DNA of 64,000 bases from Flaccisagitta enflata (taxonomy: Eukaryota). The translations under genes were made by a program, and so were the position numbers. Where the stretch lies: positions 18,414,001 to 18,478,000 of the forward strand of contig OZ231126.1 of the NCBI GenBank assembly GCA_965153355.1, in the 5' to 3' direction. Of the stretch, positions 1-15,935 are shown piece after piece. The notes under the pieces were generated by a model. It had not been told where the DNA came from. It did not search any database and worked only from the letters and a program-made list of their open reading frames with translations. The number at the start of each line of letters is the position of its first letter. Within the stretch, counting starts at the first letter, position 1.

Positions 1-3000
1 ACCCCTTACTCAACCCCTACCCAAGAACTCAACCCTGCACCAAAATCTACTCCTTATCCCAACCCCTTTCCCACAAGCCCTAAACTGTACACCTTTACCA
101 TCATTCTCAACCCCTAGACCTAATTAAATTTCCATTCTTAAACATTACTTGCAATTCTAAACCCTTGCTATGCGTTTAAGCTCTACTTACTTTCCTAAGA
201 CTATATTTTCTTTGAAAAGAAAGAAATGGTACTTATAACAATCTTTACCTCTTCTACCCTCCCCTGCAAACTTTTTCCTTGGTTTCATGTTATTGAACAT
301 GAAGGTTTAAAACTTTTTTCACTGAGTGAGATTGATTGACAGATAGTTTTTTGCTTCCAACTTAAGAGGCAGATAAAAAAGGTTTAAGCGATTAATATAT
401 TATCAAGAGTCATGATTAATCATTGATAAGAAAAAAAGTCAACTGCAAAATATGGATCAATACATTGATCAGGCCAAGTCAGTTTCTGCAATATGCAAAT
501 GATTTCATCAAACTTTGAAGATGCAGCCAATCACTTTTTTGCCTTTAATCATAAACCAACATGGCCACAGACACAGTCACCCAATTGCGGATGGGTGGTC
601 AGGGGCAGTATAGCAAAAAACACATTTTAAAAAAGATACAAATAGACAATTGGACTGATGGACCTACACAGCAAGTTTGCAACTGAAGATATTGGATTTA
701 TGAATACACAATATTGTTTTGTTAGGAAAAATTTTGACTTTCTAAAGGTTAAGGAGATTGAATCAGTGTCAATCTCATTTGCATATTGTAGTAGATTAGC
801 TATCCTTTCTTGAAGTAAGATGTTCTTTGCTGTTGACTACAAAAATATTGTTTTTCGAAACCCATGAACTGACAAGTAGATTTATGTTGTTCATCTTTCT
901 TTTTTTTTTCATGTCAGAGGATACTTCTCATTATGTAGTTTCAATCATTTCATCCTCTGATGTGTAAATAGTAAAATCATATCACCTAAAGGATCTATGT
1001 CTATAATTGTTTTTAATTGAGTGTTGGTAACCTGAAGAAAAACTTGGGAACTTTTACTTAAAACACAAGTAGGTTTTTGATTCATTGATGATTTGCTCTT
1101 TGAACCAGAACTGCTGCTTTAAACGATTTCTGAAGTGGGTTTGCCTGACCTATGGGCCATTACAATAGATATCTTTCATGACCTTAGAGCTTTTATATCA
1201 ATTGACCAGTGTCATATTAGCATTGCTCACATCCTCAAAAATGGATGAAATGTAAATACAGCCTTTTAAATAAAGCTTTTTCCAAGCAACTTGAGTCCTA
1301 ATTAGCATATTGTTACGCTATCCAGATCCAGCCTGTTGTGCATTAGAACTCATGAACCAACTAGTTCTCCTCTAGTCTCTCCTGTCAACCATGGTGCCTG
1401 CATTGATAACACTGAATGAGGAGAGACCATTAATCTCATTAGCATATTGCAGCTCTCTTAGTACCTGATAAGTAGCCATCCCAATGTCAGTTTTAGAGGC
1501 AGGTTATTTCATCTCGTTTAGGGAACTGGTCCACTAGTCCAACAATTGATGTAAAAACAATTAGTGCACAATGTTCTTGAAGCAACTAGATCAGTTGACA
1601 GCAACTGTAGTAGCATCCATTTCACTCCTTACTGTTTGATTATGTTTTAAAAAAATATTATAACTATAAGATCTTACACAACAAAAAAAGATGAACTTTG
1701 CATAGTCAATCAATGAATTTCTCTCCTGGGATACCTCTTTACCGCTAGTATGGTCAACTACTATCTAGAACATAAGTATATCGACAGTATGGGGATTGGT
1801 TAATTTAGCAGTGTAGGAAACCTAGAAAAACCGCCAAAACATGTCAGATACTTAATAATACGTCTTTGGGTTTCAACACATATTTGTATGTGGATTTTCT
1901 AAGCACTTTAACACAAATGCTTTGTATAAATGCATGATAACTCTCCCTCATAAAATCTTATTTAAAAAATTCCTTAGTGTATGCCATGTTCTCCCTTTTG
2001 CTTTAGTTGCAATCCCAATGACTCAGAGAGGTTGAAATCAACCAAGATAATGAAGCAAAGGTGTTGGGCGCTGTAATTAGGACCAAAAATAGGGTGGAAA
2101 AAACCTCTAATCTATCTGAAAGGAGACTTAGTAACTAGTAAAGAATTTAGATGCATTTTTTTGGCCATTTTCTAATTGAAGTATCAATCTTGTTTTGCCT
2201 GTCAATTCTAAACATCTTAAGCTAAAAGGATGCGGTTTGCGGCATTTGGTCAGAAATTCGAAATAGTTTCAGAATCTCACTGATTTTTATATAAATTTCT
2301 TATTCTTAACAGAGTTATTGCTTAAAATGCCTGTCAATATACATATGTTCTAGATAGTATTTGGATAATCCTTTGACCGAGTAAGCATGATTATATAAGA
2401 TTTATGGAATGGAATCAACCAGTCGTTCCTCAGTCATGTGTTCAGAGTAGAGGGACCGATTAATTCATTAGCATATTGCAGCTCTATGTTAGCCTGTCAA
2501 ATGGCCTCCTGTTGTCATTTTGATAGGTTTGTTGAATCAACCCATGGTGATCATTGGCCCATTTGTCTAATAACTAACTCAGTCTTTTCAATTATGCAAT
2601 GTCCTTGGAGCAAGAATATAATTTTACGACTATCATGAGAGCATCTATTTGACTTCCTTAGGATTGGTTAAATCCCTTAATTCACAAGGTGTAATAGTGA
2701 GTTCAGTTATGCTAAAGTAAAGGAGCTGTGTAGCTGCTTCTTGCTTTTGTTCATTCAGTACATTGCAATGAAATCTGGCTGCAGTTGAACATGTCAAATA
2801 TTGAAAAGGGATATACAAAATGATTTTAAGTGAGTTCAAATCCATGGTGTCCCAGTTAAAGATCTTTCCATTTATACTCTGATTGTTTTAAGTCTGATAT
2901 GCTTTTTTTTGAAAAATAAACTGTCAAATGTATTTGCATTTTTTCAAAATGAATGGCCAACACAATTGAGCTTGTCTTTAAAGATGAACATTCATCTTTA

Positions 3001-5035
3001 AATTTGTTTAACCACACTTGTAATATCTCTTTGTAAATATCAGTCACCTTAACCCTGAATCAAAATGATATCCACACTGTATTTACAAGGAGAAAAAATC
3101 TTTATTTTACCAAGATTTCAACCATGAAATTTGATGCTACAATATGCAAATGAGATGGTACATTGTTGAAGAGAAAACAAAAAAGAGTAGTGATGTTCTG
3201 ACTTCATTTGCATAAAGCAGTTACTTTCATTGAGATTGGTAGCTTACTGTTTCCATATCCATGGCACTAAGTTTTTGCCCTCAATGCTGCTGGCAGCCAA
3301 AATTGTCAATTTTTGAAATGACAAATATGATATCTTTACATGTGGGCTACATTAAAATGTTTAAGTAAAAGGGTATACATTTAGCCAAATGGTTGTGACT
3401 AAAATATGTATATCAAAAGCACAAAATCAAATATCGGATTGACTTATTAACAGAGGAATAAGTCAATAAATATAATAGTTAAATATGGCCTGTTGCATTT
3501 GCATGAACAAAAGGATTTAATCTTTCCTCTCATCCACCACAATTTTCATCCCATTTTGTCTATTTCAAGCAGCTATAGTACAGTGCTTTTCTTTTTTGCT
3601 TTTTCCTATTTGCATATTGCTGTTTTTTTATTTGCAAGCCCTCATTGTTGCCGTTGCATGTTTTTTGTTCCAAGTTTGAATTAATCAAATGGCAATAATT
3701 CAAATCATTCCTCTAAGATGGTAGGCACAATATGCATGTTAACAGCATAGATTCAAATTTGGTTCAATTATAAAATCTTTCATGGTTTAAGCAACTGGGT
3801 TAGATTAACTCTTGGTGCATATACTCAATCAGCCATGAATATATGATTTGTTTATTTATTCTTAAAAGTTAGTGTTTAAGAACATTTCTGTTGAGGATGA
3901 TCTGCGCACCTCCTTATTTGCATATTGCTGTTGGCCCATTTTAAAGCTGTTATAGCTGAATTAGAGTCAATCTTTTCTATCTTGTCAATCAGAAAACATG
4001 AGATTACAATACATGAAATACTAAAGCAAAAAAAAAATCTGAAAAATCTCAAGGCTAAGAGTAAAATCTGGTTTGTGAAGTAGAGATCCTTGATTAAAAA
4101 ATTGATGGCTTTGTTTCCAATCAAACTTTTTTGATCAAATTTCATCATTGACAAGTTTCGCTTATATCTTTACATAATACAATTTTAGCCCACCACAAAA
4201 ATACATTAGCAAAAGTAAGAAAATTGGGAATCCGGGATGCAATATGTTCATCACAACCAAGGTTTGCTTTGTTTGTCTGAAGGCAACATGGATGACTTAG
4301 AGGGGCTTGCCTTAACTGTTTTTGAATGTGAAATGACCTTGCTTAGCTTGACATGGACTGGGGCTTGGCTTGGATCAGGAAGGATTGGCTTTGCTTGACT
4401 TGGTTTGGCTTGGCTTGGCTTTGCTTGGCTAAGTTAGATTGCATTGAGGAAGTGTCTTTGATTCAGAGGGTATTACTTGTTACATGTTTAGGACATGTAA
4501 GATGAATCTTTTGACTACCAAGCTCTAGGCCTCCTCTCCTTTGTAAAAAAGCTGCAGCAAGAAAACAAAAGACAATTTAGTTTTCTTCAAAAACACTGGT
4601 GCAGCACTGACTAGGGAAACTACCCTTTTGTCCCGGGCTCTGTAGAAATTTTTCACCAGGAATTTGTTTATTTTGATTTTCTTTGCAATGGTGCATGATA
4701 AAATTAAAATTCTTTCACCAAACTGTTAGCTATGTTACCCGCTATCTTTTGTTATTTCATTGTTTTTTCCTAGGTGCCCTAACAAAAAAGCTAACCTATC
4801 AAAAACTGTCTCCAATTTTTATTCGAACACCCGTTAACTGGGTTGCTTTTTAATGGATTTCCAAAAAAAAATGGTGACGGTTGGAAATATCTTGAAAAGA
4901 TGTTTTAAGTGGGACCAATCTGGCATTTCTAACTTTAAGCGTTTAAAAGTTATAAGCAAAACAAGGGATATCGTCCAAAAGAGGGAAAGTTTTATTGCCT
5001 GTAACAACCACCAAAGAAAAATGGGAATTAAGAGG

Positions 5036-5182
<147 letters not shown>

Positions 5183-5972
5183 ACAGACACCCAATGAATA
5201 TGACAAAGACAAAATGATTATGACAAAGAGAAACAAGTCGTCCAAGGGCTATATGTGATCAGCGATACCCGTTGCCCTGCTTTGCATGATTGTGAATTTG
5301 AGTGAGGGGAAGCAGGGCAGCGGCCCCAAAGGGGACGAAGTCCTGTAGAACACAGGGAGACTTTCGTCTATTTGTTCGTCCGTCCGTTTGTTCATAGATT
5401 TAAGGCCTGAAGGGGCTAATTTGAGGTCTGAGCCGCCTGCTTTGAGGTCTGAGAGGCCTAATTTGAGGTCTGAGAGGCCAGATTTGAGGTCAGAGGCCTG
5501 AAAGGATGTTGAGGACTGATATGATGCCTTAAAGAACTAATTTGAAGCTTAGATGGCCAATTTGAGACTTGCGAGGACTGACTTAAGGCCTACGACAGCT
5601 GATTGGAGGCCTGAAAGGCTAAAATTTTAGGTCTGAGAGGCCTGATTTGAGGCCTGAGAAACCTGATTTGAGAACTGAGAAGCCTGAGAGGTCTGATCAT
5701 GGGGGACGGATGCACAGATGAACGAACAAACAAGTGAGTCACTGTTCTACAGGACTTCGTTCCCTTCGGAGTCGCTGCCAAAAAAGGAATATGACAAAGA
5801 GACAAAATGAATATGACGGAAAGAGTAAATACAAAGGAGAGAGAGAGAAAGAGAGAAAGAGAGAAAGAGAGAGAGAGAAAGAAAAAGAGACAAAATGAAC
5901 ACGAGAGACAAAGAAAGATGAAAGACGAATTGAAAGACAAGATGAAAGATGAATAATTAAGACTAGACTGAC

Positions 5973-6024
5973 CTAGAATCCGCTCTGTTTGTTCTATGAA
6001 CTTGATTTTTTTCATGGGTAGGCT
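5973..6024 (-). CDS. Candidate next kinesin exon (E)PTHEKNQVHRTNRADS
   Basis: ccaacatAG ... AG|GTcagt; 52 nt, phase 1 to 2, compatible with the phase-1 donor at 15754. No recognisable motif. Confidence 0.3.
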
Positions 6025-8492
6025 CTATGTTGGGAATATGGTATGTTTAAAATATCATGATTATACCGGGTCTTCGTAAAAAACGTTTCCTCTTCAATCA
6101 TTGAAATTTTTTGCTATGTAGCAGACACAGCCATCAAAATGGTACCAATAGAAAGAGCTCGACTTGCCTGACATTTTGATGTAAGACTTTTGACTTTTTC
6201 ATTGTTTACATCCCAGTAAATCAAAATAAACAACCTTCCCTATGTAAATTTTCAGCAAAAATCGGGACAAAAGAGCCATCTTCCTGCTAAGTGCTGCCAC
6301 TGTGATATTGGAGTAAACTATTTCATGAATCTCTGTTAAGTAAAAACAAAAGGCTTCCTACTAGAAGGAGTTGGAAAGGAGCTGCAGCTGGAAAGAATGA
6401 AGAGGAGGAGCATGCTTTAGAAATTCAATCTCAGAGACCAAACTTGTAACAGTCTAGTCTTAGACTAGTCTCAGTCTTGTGTCCAATGCCAGAGCCAGAG
6501 GGAGGAAAGATTAACCAAGCCAAGCAATGCCAAGTCAACCAGTCCAGATGAAGCTAAGCTAGACCACAAAAGCCACCCAGGCTTACTTATGCCATGCCAA
6601 GCCAAGCCAACCCAAGCCAACCAAAGCCAAACCAAGCTTAACCATAGCAGACCACCTAATTTTTCCAATGCAAAGCCAAGTTATGCCAAGCCACACAAGT
6701 GCTCTTTATTCCCTATTTCTCATTTTTGTTGGAATTATCTTCCATCCATTTTTTGGTTTTAGGAGTTTATGAATTTTTTCTAACTTTTGATATTCATTGA
6801 TCTGGACTGTGAAATTTCACCCTTTAGATGAAAAATGAACCAACCACTGACAGGGGAATGAAAACAAAAATTAAATTGTTTGAATGTAAAACCCTGAGCA
6901 AGCAACACATATCCTATCATTCACTGAAAATTGAACAACTCAAAGACGATTCTATACTGTTGATTGATCCCGCCATAAATGTGTATGAAAAATCTTTTTT
7001 GACAATTTTTCCTTAAAAAAATTAGATGTATAAATCAAGGGCTTTATTTACAGCAAGCTAACAAACTGACAACAATATGCAAATCAAATGTGGAAGTGAA
7101 ATAGAAAAACAACTAAGAAACTTACACCTCAAAGGTCAGGGATGTGAATCATTCAAGACTGGATACACTGCAATCATGACACAGATGGTTGAGCAACAGT
7201 ACTGCAAAAACACTAGCAATCCAAAAAAGGAATGGACTGACATGGCAAGGTGCGATCACATGTCTGCGACAAACAGTGTCTAATTTTGAAATTTAAGTTA
7301 ACATGGCAGTGAAAAAAATCATGAGAGACTTAATTGATCACTTTTTTTGGTAAAGACAAAAAAAAACATTTTAGTTCAACCAACATACTGAGTTTGGCTT
7401 TGTTTTAAATTACTTTGATTGTTGTGGAGCTTAATAAGTTCAGCAACACAATAGGCCATTTAAAGACGTTTTAATTGCCTGAGGACAATCAAAAGAATTT
7501 CAAAGGTTATGAGAAGTTAGAAATTTCTTAATAGTGTTTTGAGGCCTATTTAGATCAATTTCTGGTAAGGGTCAAGATTCAAGTATCTAATGATGAAACA
7601 TATCCTGTATATCAAACACAAAATAGAGATTGGAATCAGAACAAAGATGGCTCTTGCAAGGTTGTTGACCGCATTATGTAAATGAGGAAAGTGTTTTTCA
7701 ATCATTCTCAAATTCTAATTTTCAAGTCTCTGAAGGATCATCCAAATACTTTCATATGCTTCTCTCTAACAAATAAACCATTCGCAAATCATACATAGAT
7801 TCAGACATCAATTCTTTAACTTTATGCTGAGTCATTCATGATATGGGTTGATAATCAAAATCTATGATTAACCAAATTCATTTTTTAAAGTGGTTAACCA
7901 AATTCATTTTTTCAAGTGACTCTTGAACAAGGAAGAAGCTTTTAGTGACCATTGAAAATCGTGAACAATAGCCTTTCGAACTATTAGATTAGATTTACAA
8001 AAAAGAATTTCTCTTTCTTGTGATTTGAGGATCAAGATCTGATTTGAACCATGATGACCAGAGCATCATGATCAAAACTGAGACAGCGATATGCAAATCA
8101 GATTGATAATATGTATCCTACATAAGAAAGCATGATTGAAGAAGTCATTTGCCTCAGGTCAGACAAAACATGCAAGACCATAACAAATCTGATCATACAA
8201 TCCATGCCGCCTTGCCACTTGTTAAATTTGAAGTTCAAAAAAGTCCTAGTGTGCCGATTGAAGTTATTTCAATGGCCCGAAATGATTTGAAGTATTCTAA
8301 AATAATGAACCCAGATCTATGCACCTGAAATGAATGACATTCAGGAAGTTTTTCTAAGGTCATGATACAGCTGCAATATGCAAATAATATTGAGTGTCCC
8401 TTCTCAGTCTTTTGTACTGTTTTGGCCGCATAATAATCAAAACAAGGCTGGATACACAGCAATCCAGTTGCAGACGGTTGGGCAGGAGGAGT

Positions 8493-10010
8493 AATGTCTC
8501 CTCATGTCTTCGTATGTTTTTTTTCATGTGTCTTCATGTCTTTCCACATCTCTTTATGTTGTCTCATGTCACTTCATGTCCCCTCATGTCTTTTCATGTC
8601 TCCTCAGGTCATTTCATGTCTCCTCATGTCTTTCCATGTCTTGTCATGTTTCCTGTCTTTTAACGTCTCTCTTTATGTCTCCTCATGTCTTTTCATTTCT
8701 TTTCATGTCTCCTCATGTCTTTTCTTGTCTCTTTCTGTCTTTTCATGTCTTTTCTTGTTTCTTCATGTCTCCACATGTCTCTTTATGTCTTTTCATTTCC
8801 ATTTATGTCTTTTCATGTCTTTTCATGTCTTTTCCTGTCTTTTCATATCTTTTCCTGTCTTTTTATGTCTCTTTATGTCTCTTCATGTCTCCTCATGTCT
8901 TTCATGTCTCTTCCTCTTTATTCATGTCTCTTCATGTCTCCTCTTGTCTGACATGGGGAGACATGAAAAGACATGAAAAGACATGAGGCAACATGAAGAA
9001 AGATAAAGAGACATGAGAAGACATGAAGAGACACAAAAAGGCATGAAGAGACATTAAGAGACAAAAAAAACCTGGAGAGTCTTTAGAAAACATGAAGAGA
9101 CATGAAGAGACATGAATAGACATGAAAATACATAAGGAGACAGGAAAGGACATGAAAAAAAATGAGGAGACATGAAGAGACTTAAAAACATATAAAGAGA
9201 CATAAGCACACATGAAAAGACATGAAAAGAAATAAAAAGACAGAGAGACATGAAAAGACATGAAGAGATATAGAGACATGAAGAGACATGAGGAGACATG
9301 AAGAGACATGAAAGGACATGGAGAGAAATGGGGATACATAAACAGAAAAAAAAGACATGAAAAGACAAGAGGGGCATGGAGAAAAATGAAGAGACATGAA
9401 GAGACATGAAAAAACATGAGGGGTCATGAGACATGGAGAGACAATAGAAGACATGAAGAGACATGAAAAGACATGAAGAGACATGAGGTGACATTTAAAG
9501 ACATAAAGAGAAATGAGGAGACATGAAGAGAGATGAGAAGACATGAAAAGACATAAATAGACATGAAGGGACAAAAAAGACATGAGGCGACATGAAGAGA
9601 CATGAGAAGACATGAAGAGACATAAAAGGAATGAAGAGACAAAGAGAAAAAAAAACATGAAGAGACACAAGAAGACATGAGAAGACATTAGGAAACATGA
9701 TGAGATAAGAAGAAACATAAAGTGACACAAAAAGACACTAGCAGACAGGGAAGGACTTAAAAAGAAATAAGGAGACATGAAGAGACATGAGGAAACATGA
9801 AGAGACATGAAAACACATGGAGAGACATGCAAAGACAGAAACAGACATGAGAAGACAGGAGACACGAAATAACATGAAAAGACATGAGGAGACATGAAGA
9901 GACATGAGGAGCAAAGAGGAGTCAAGAGTAGACATGAAGTGACATAAGATGACATGAAGAGACAAGAAAAGACATGAAGATACATGAAAAAACGTGAAGA
10001 GACATAAAAA
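8493..10010. repeat. Degenerate ~10-bp CATGTCT satellite in two opposite-facing blocks
   Basis: (tcttcatgtc)n at 8493-8950 switches to (gacatgaaga)n at 8950-10010. Confidence 0.9.
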
Positions 10011-10299
10011 AACACTTTACTTTCATTACTTTTCTTTACTTTACATTTTTCATGGAATAAAACTGTGATCCCCTTCTTTTACAATCTTATCTTATAGTCT
10101 TCTGATGAAACGGTGCATGTAAAACTGCACACCCAAATGCACCTAGGCTATACTCAGTCTTAGAATTTCCAAGATCAAAATGATTCTTTTTCTTTTTCTC
10201 TCCCTCTCTCGTTCTTGGATTCCAAAGCCTGACCTTGCATGATGGATAGGTAGATTCAGTTCAGAGAGAGAGAGAGTCTATCTATCATTATTCTATATA

Positions 10300-10330
<31 letters not shown>

Positions 10331-13300
10331 CTCTCTCTCTTCTCTCTCTCTCTCTCTCTCCTTATCGTTTAAGTTAATACACGCTGGGTACCTGACCAGT
10401 GGTGGTGCCTTACTTGGTGGGTCAATCTGTCAAATTATTTCTGACAACCAACCCCTTACCAGCTCTTGCCTTAAATAAACCTTCCTTCTTAACTCATCCC
10501 TACCCCTTTGACTCACTCTTTCCCTGGGACTAAACCTTACCCTGAAATCAACCTTCAAACACTCAAAACCTAAGCTTGATTACTTATCAATGCCTGAACT
10601 GAAACTGAGAATTTGTTTTCATTGTTAACCCTTTGACATTTAAAACGAAATAAGGCCCTTTTTTTCCTATCCCCAAAGAAACCTATTTTTTGGAACAGAT
10701 TGTTGAAGAGGAAGGTCAGAAACATTCCTTTAGGATGAATGAGATTTTTAACAGACAGTGTCTTACTACCAGAACAAGACATGAAACAGAAAGATACTGG
10801 AGAACAGGACATCATCAAGAGTCAAGATTGATTAAAGAATACAAAAAATTCATATATGAAACATGGCTGACGATTTTGATCAGGAGAAGACTATATCTGC
10901 AATATGCAAATGATTTCATGGTTTTCTAAAGGTGTAGCCAATCTCCCTCTTGTCCTGTTGTTTTACAATAACTTGCTTTCCAAAACCAAAAATGTTTGAT
11001 TGTATGATACACTTCATCAAAAGATTCTGCCTACCGAGTTCTCTATCCGTTGACTAAAATTTTGGCTTAATCCAAATCAAGGCCATTTTTGTAAGAGGAG
11101 AACAAGATTTTTTCACTTTCCTAGGGTCAGATTCAATCTCATTTGCATATTGTAGAGTGCAATTGAACCTCACTGTCTGTATCTTTTAATCAAATAATCT
11201 TTTCTTATTACATCAAAAATGCAGTTGATTGAAATTACATGCACTATCTATTTGATCTATACTTTGTTCATGTCAGAAGATATGTTTTATGATGTAGGTT
11301 TGATAGTTTCATTCACAGTGATGTGAAAAGTATTGTATAAATGAAATCACCCAAGGCATAGTCAGCCGCTGGCTGCTCTTATCATTCATTGTCTCAATTA
11401 CTGGGGCTTGCTGCAACTGAACCTGATGTCCTCAGTAATATCTTTGCCCTTCCTTTAAGACATCTTAACTAACCTGTCAATACACTTTTAACCTGTTTAT
11501 TCATGAGCAACCTTGCCTGTTTCAAGTGAGAACCATCTATTTGTCTTCCACCTGTTTTACTGACCTTTGATGCAGCTAAAACAGTAAACAAGGCCAAGTG
11601 GGCCAATAGGGTGCGCCATGTGGATCATCGAACAAATGCATTACCGACCAACAGACACACTACCCGACCAACCAACTGACACAGCCAGTTATAAAGGTGC
11701 TTAGGGACACCTGAAAAGACTTAGAAGAGACAATCTCATTTGCATATTGCAGCTCTATAGTGACCTTGAAAAAAACTTCCTGAATGTTCTGCTTTTAAGG
11801 CATGGATGGGTCTTTTGTAGATCATTGGTTCATTAGTCTAACAATCAAGTCCATCTCTTGATATCTGCAACCCTTAAGAGTCATTCCATAATTGGTCCAC
11901 TATCATTTTGGAATTTATTTTGCTCCTTACAGTCTAACAAAGCCCAAAAAGAAAGCAAACAATATTCTTTTTGGAAACCTTAAATAATACTGTCATTTCT
12001 GGTAGAGTTTACTTAGTTCTTCCCTTTAGACAACCAAATAAACCAGTCTTCGCCTTTTACACCCATTAACTCACAAGCAATCTGGCTAGTTGAATAAAGG
12101 GATAGAACAAGGAGATAGAGCACCGTTCATTTGCCTTCCAGCCCTTTACTAAACGCATTATGCAGCTAAAATAGTACAAAACACTGAGAAGGGTCACTCA
12201 ATCTCATTTGCATATTGCAGCTCTACAGTGACCTAAAATAAAAAACATACTGAATGTCAATTTTTTTCAGGGGCCTGATCAGTCTCTAATATTTCTATAA
12301 GTCCAACCGTCAAGTCCATTTCTTGATATCTGCAAGTGAATGCATAATTGCTCTACTTCTTCACTTGATCACTCTGAGCAAGGCATCGGGTACTGCTGAC
12401 CATGTGAAATCCAATGACTTGTTTCCACCTATTATGCAGCCAGAACAGTATGAAAAACTGAGATGGGACTTTGACATTCTGATTTGCATATTGCAGCTCT
12501 ATGGTGACCTTTAATAAACTGCCTAATGTTCCTTTTTTCTCAGGTGCATAGGTCTAACAGTCAAGTCCATTACTTGATATCTACAAAGCCTTAAAGCCTT
12601 GACCACTATCATATTGGTATTCATCTTGCCCCTTACAATCTAACAAACACCTAAAAAACTCATTCACCTTTGGAAAACATAGAAAGTTTGGCATTTTTGA
12701 AAAAGTGTTAGTTTAGCTTAGTTCTTCTCTCCAGTTACCCTTACAAGCCAATCTATGCACTTTACATCCGTTGATTCACAAGCCATTGGGCCAGTTTTTA
12801 GTGAGAATCAAGGGGTAGAGAACTGTCTACTTGTTTACCACCCTTTTTAGTCGCTTGCACGCGACTCTGCAACCCGCTCTGTCCGTCTGTCGGTCCGTCG
12901 GTCGATCCGTCCATCACGCTTAACTATTTTTACACCCCTGCCCACCGAACCGACTAAGGTAGCCGTGTATCCGGCCTTGTTTCAACCTTTTGGCAGCTAA
13001 AACGAAATGAAACCTTGAGGAGGACACTGTCAATCTTATTTGCATATTGCAGCTCTATAGTAACCTAAATCGGTATTTTGTAGATCATTAGTCCATTAGT
13101 CAAAAAGTCCAGTCCATTTCTTGGAATCTGCAATGCATTAGAGCAATACCATAATTTGACCACTATCGTATTTGAATTCATTTTGCCCTTAACAGTCTTA
13201 AAAAGACCTAAAAATTCAAACATGGTTTTATATTTCATAAACTCTTGGCAAGAAAATGAAATATAAGTGGTAACCTTCCCCTTAGATCTGACCATACCCG

Positions 13301-13707
13301 TCACACTGATTGACTCACGAGTCAAGAGCAATCTGTTTGAGTTTTAAGAGACTTACAGGAGGTGATCCATCCAGTTGTCTTCCACCCTTGTTCTCAACTT
13401 TTTATGCAGCTTAAACCTTCAGTAGGGACACTGTCAATCTCATTTGCATGTTGCAGCTCTTTAGTGACCTAATAAATACTTCCTGAATGTCAATTTTTGC
13501 AGGGGTATTGATTCCTCACAACTATGTGATCTTCCCATTGTAAAATGCTCATAACATCCACAACCTTGAATCAAGATTTATTGTAAGATATATTGTAACC
13601 CCTCGCTGACCTTTCTAAAAGAAAACAGAAAAAAAAAAACCAAGGAAAAAATCATGAGGAGCGGAAGAAAGAAAGATTAAACCATAAAAAGGATGACCCT
13701 TATGTTT

Positions 13708-15735
<2,028 letters not shown>

Positions 15736-15753
15736 ACATACACACACTAAAAC

Positions 15754-15935
15754 CTTTCGCTTTGGGTTCGTCTGTGTCTTTTTGACCACCGGTTTCACGC
15801 TCTACTCTCAATTCATTTTGTCTGGATATTTCGTCTTGCGCCATTTCCCAGGAAATGTCATCCAAGTTGAGCTCGTCTTTGGAAGGATTCATCGGATTCG
15901 CCATCACAAACAAATGAACGTGACCAAGTTGAACT
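15754..15935 (-). CDS. KIF28: Kinesin-3 exon, FHA end and post-FHA helix: VQLGHVHLFVMANPMNPSKDELNLDDISWEMAQDEISRQNELRVERETGGQKDTDEPKAK
   Basis: Acceptor tattggcAG, donor G|GTttta; 182 nt, phase 2 to 1. Completes DR-x-x-LG-x-x-HLF-x-x-x-NP and the kinesin-3 'WE.AQ.EI' motif. Confidence 0.9.

Noticed and set aside
1-120. ACCCT-rich start as telomeric repeat
   Set aside because: Too degenerate; no exact TTAGG or TTAGGG array. Similar DNA occurs internally at about 10450-10560.
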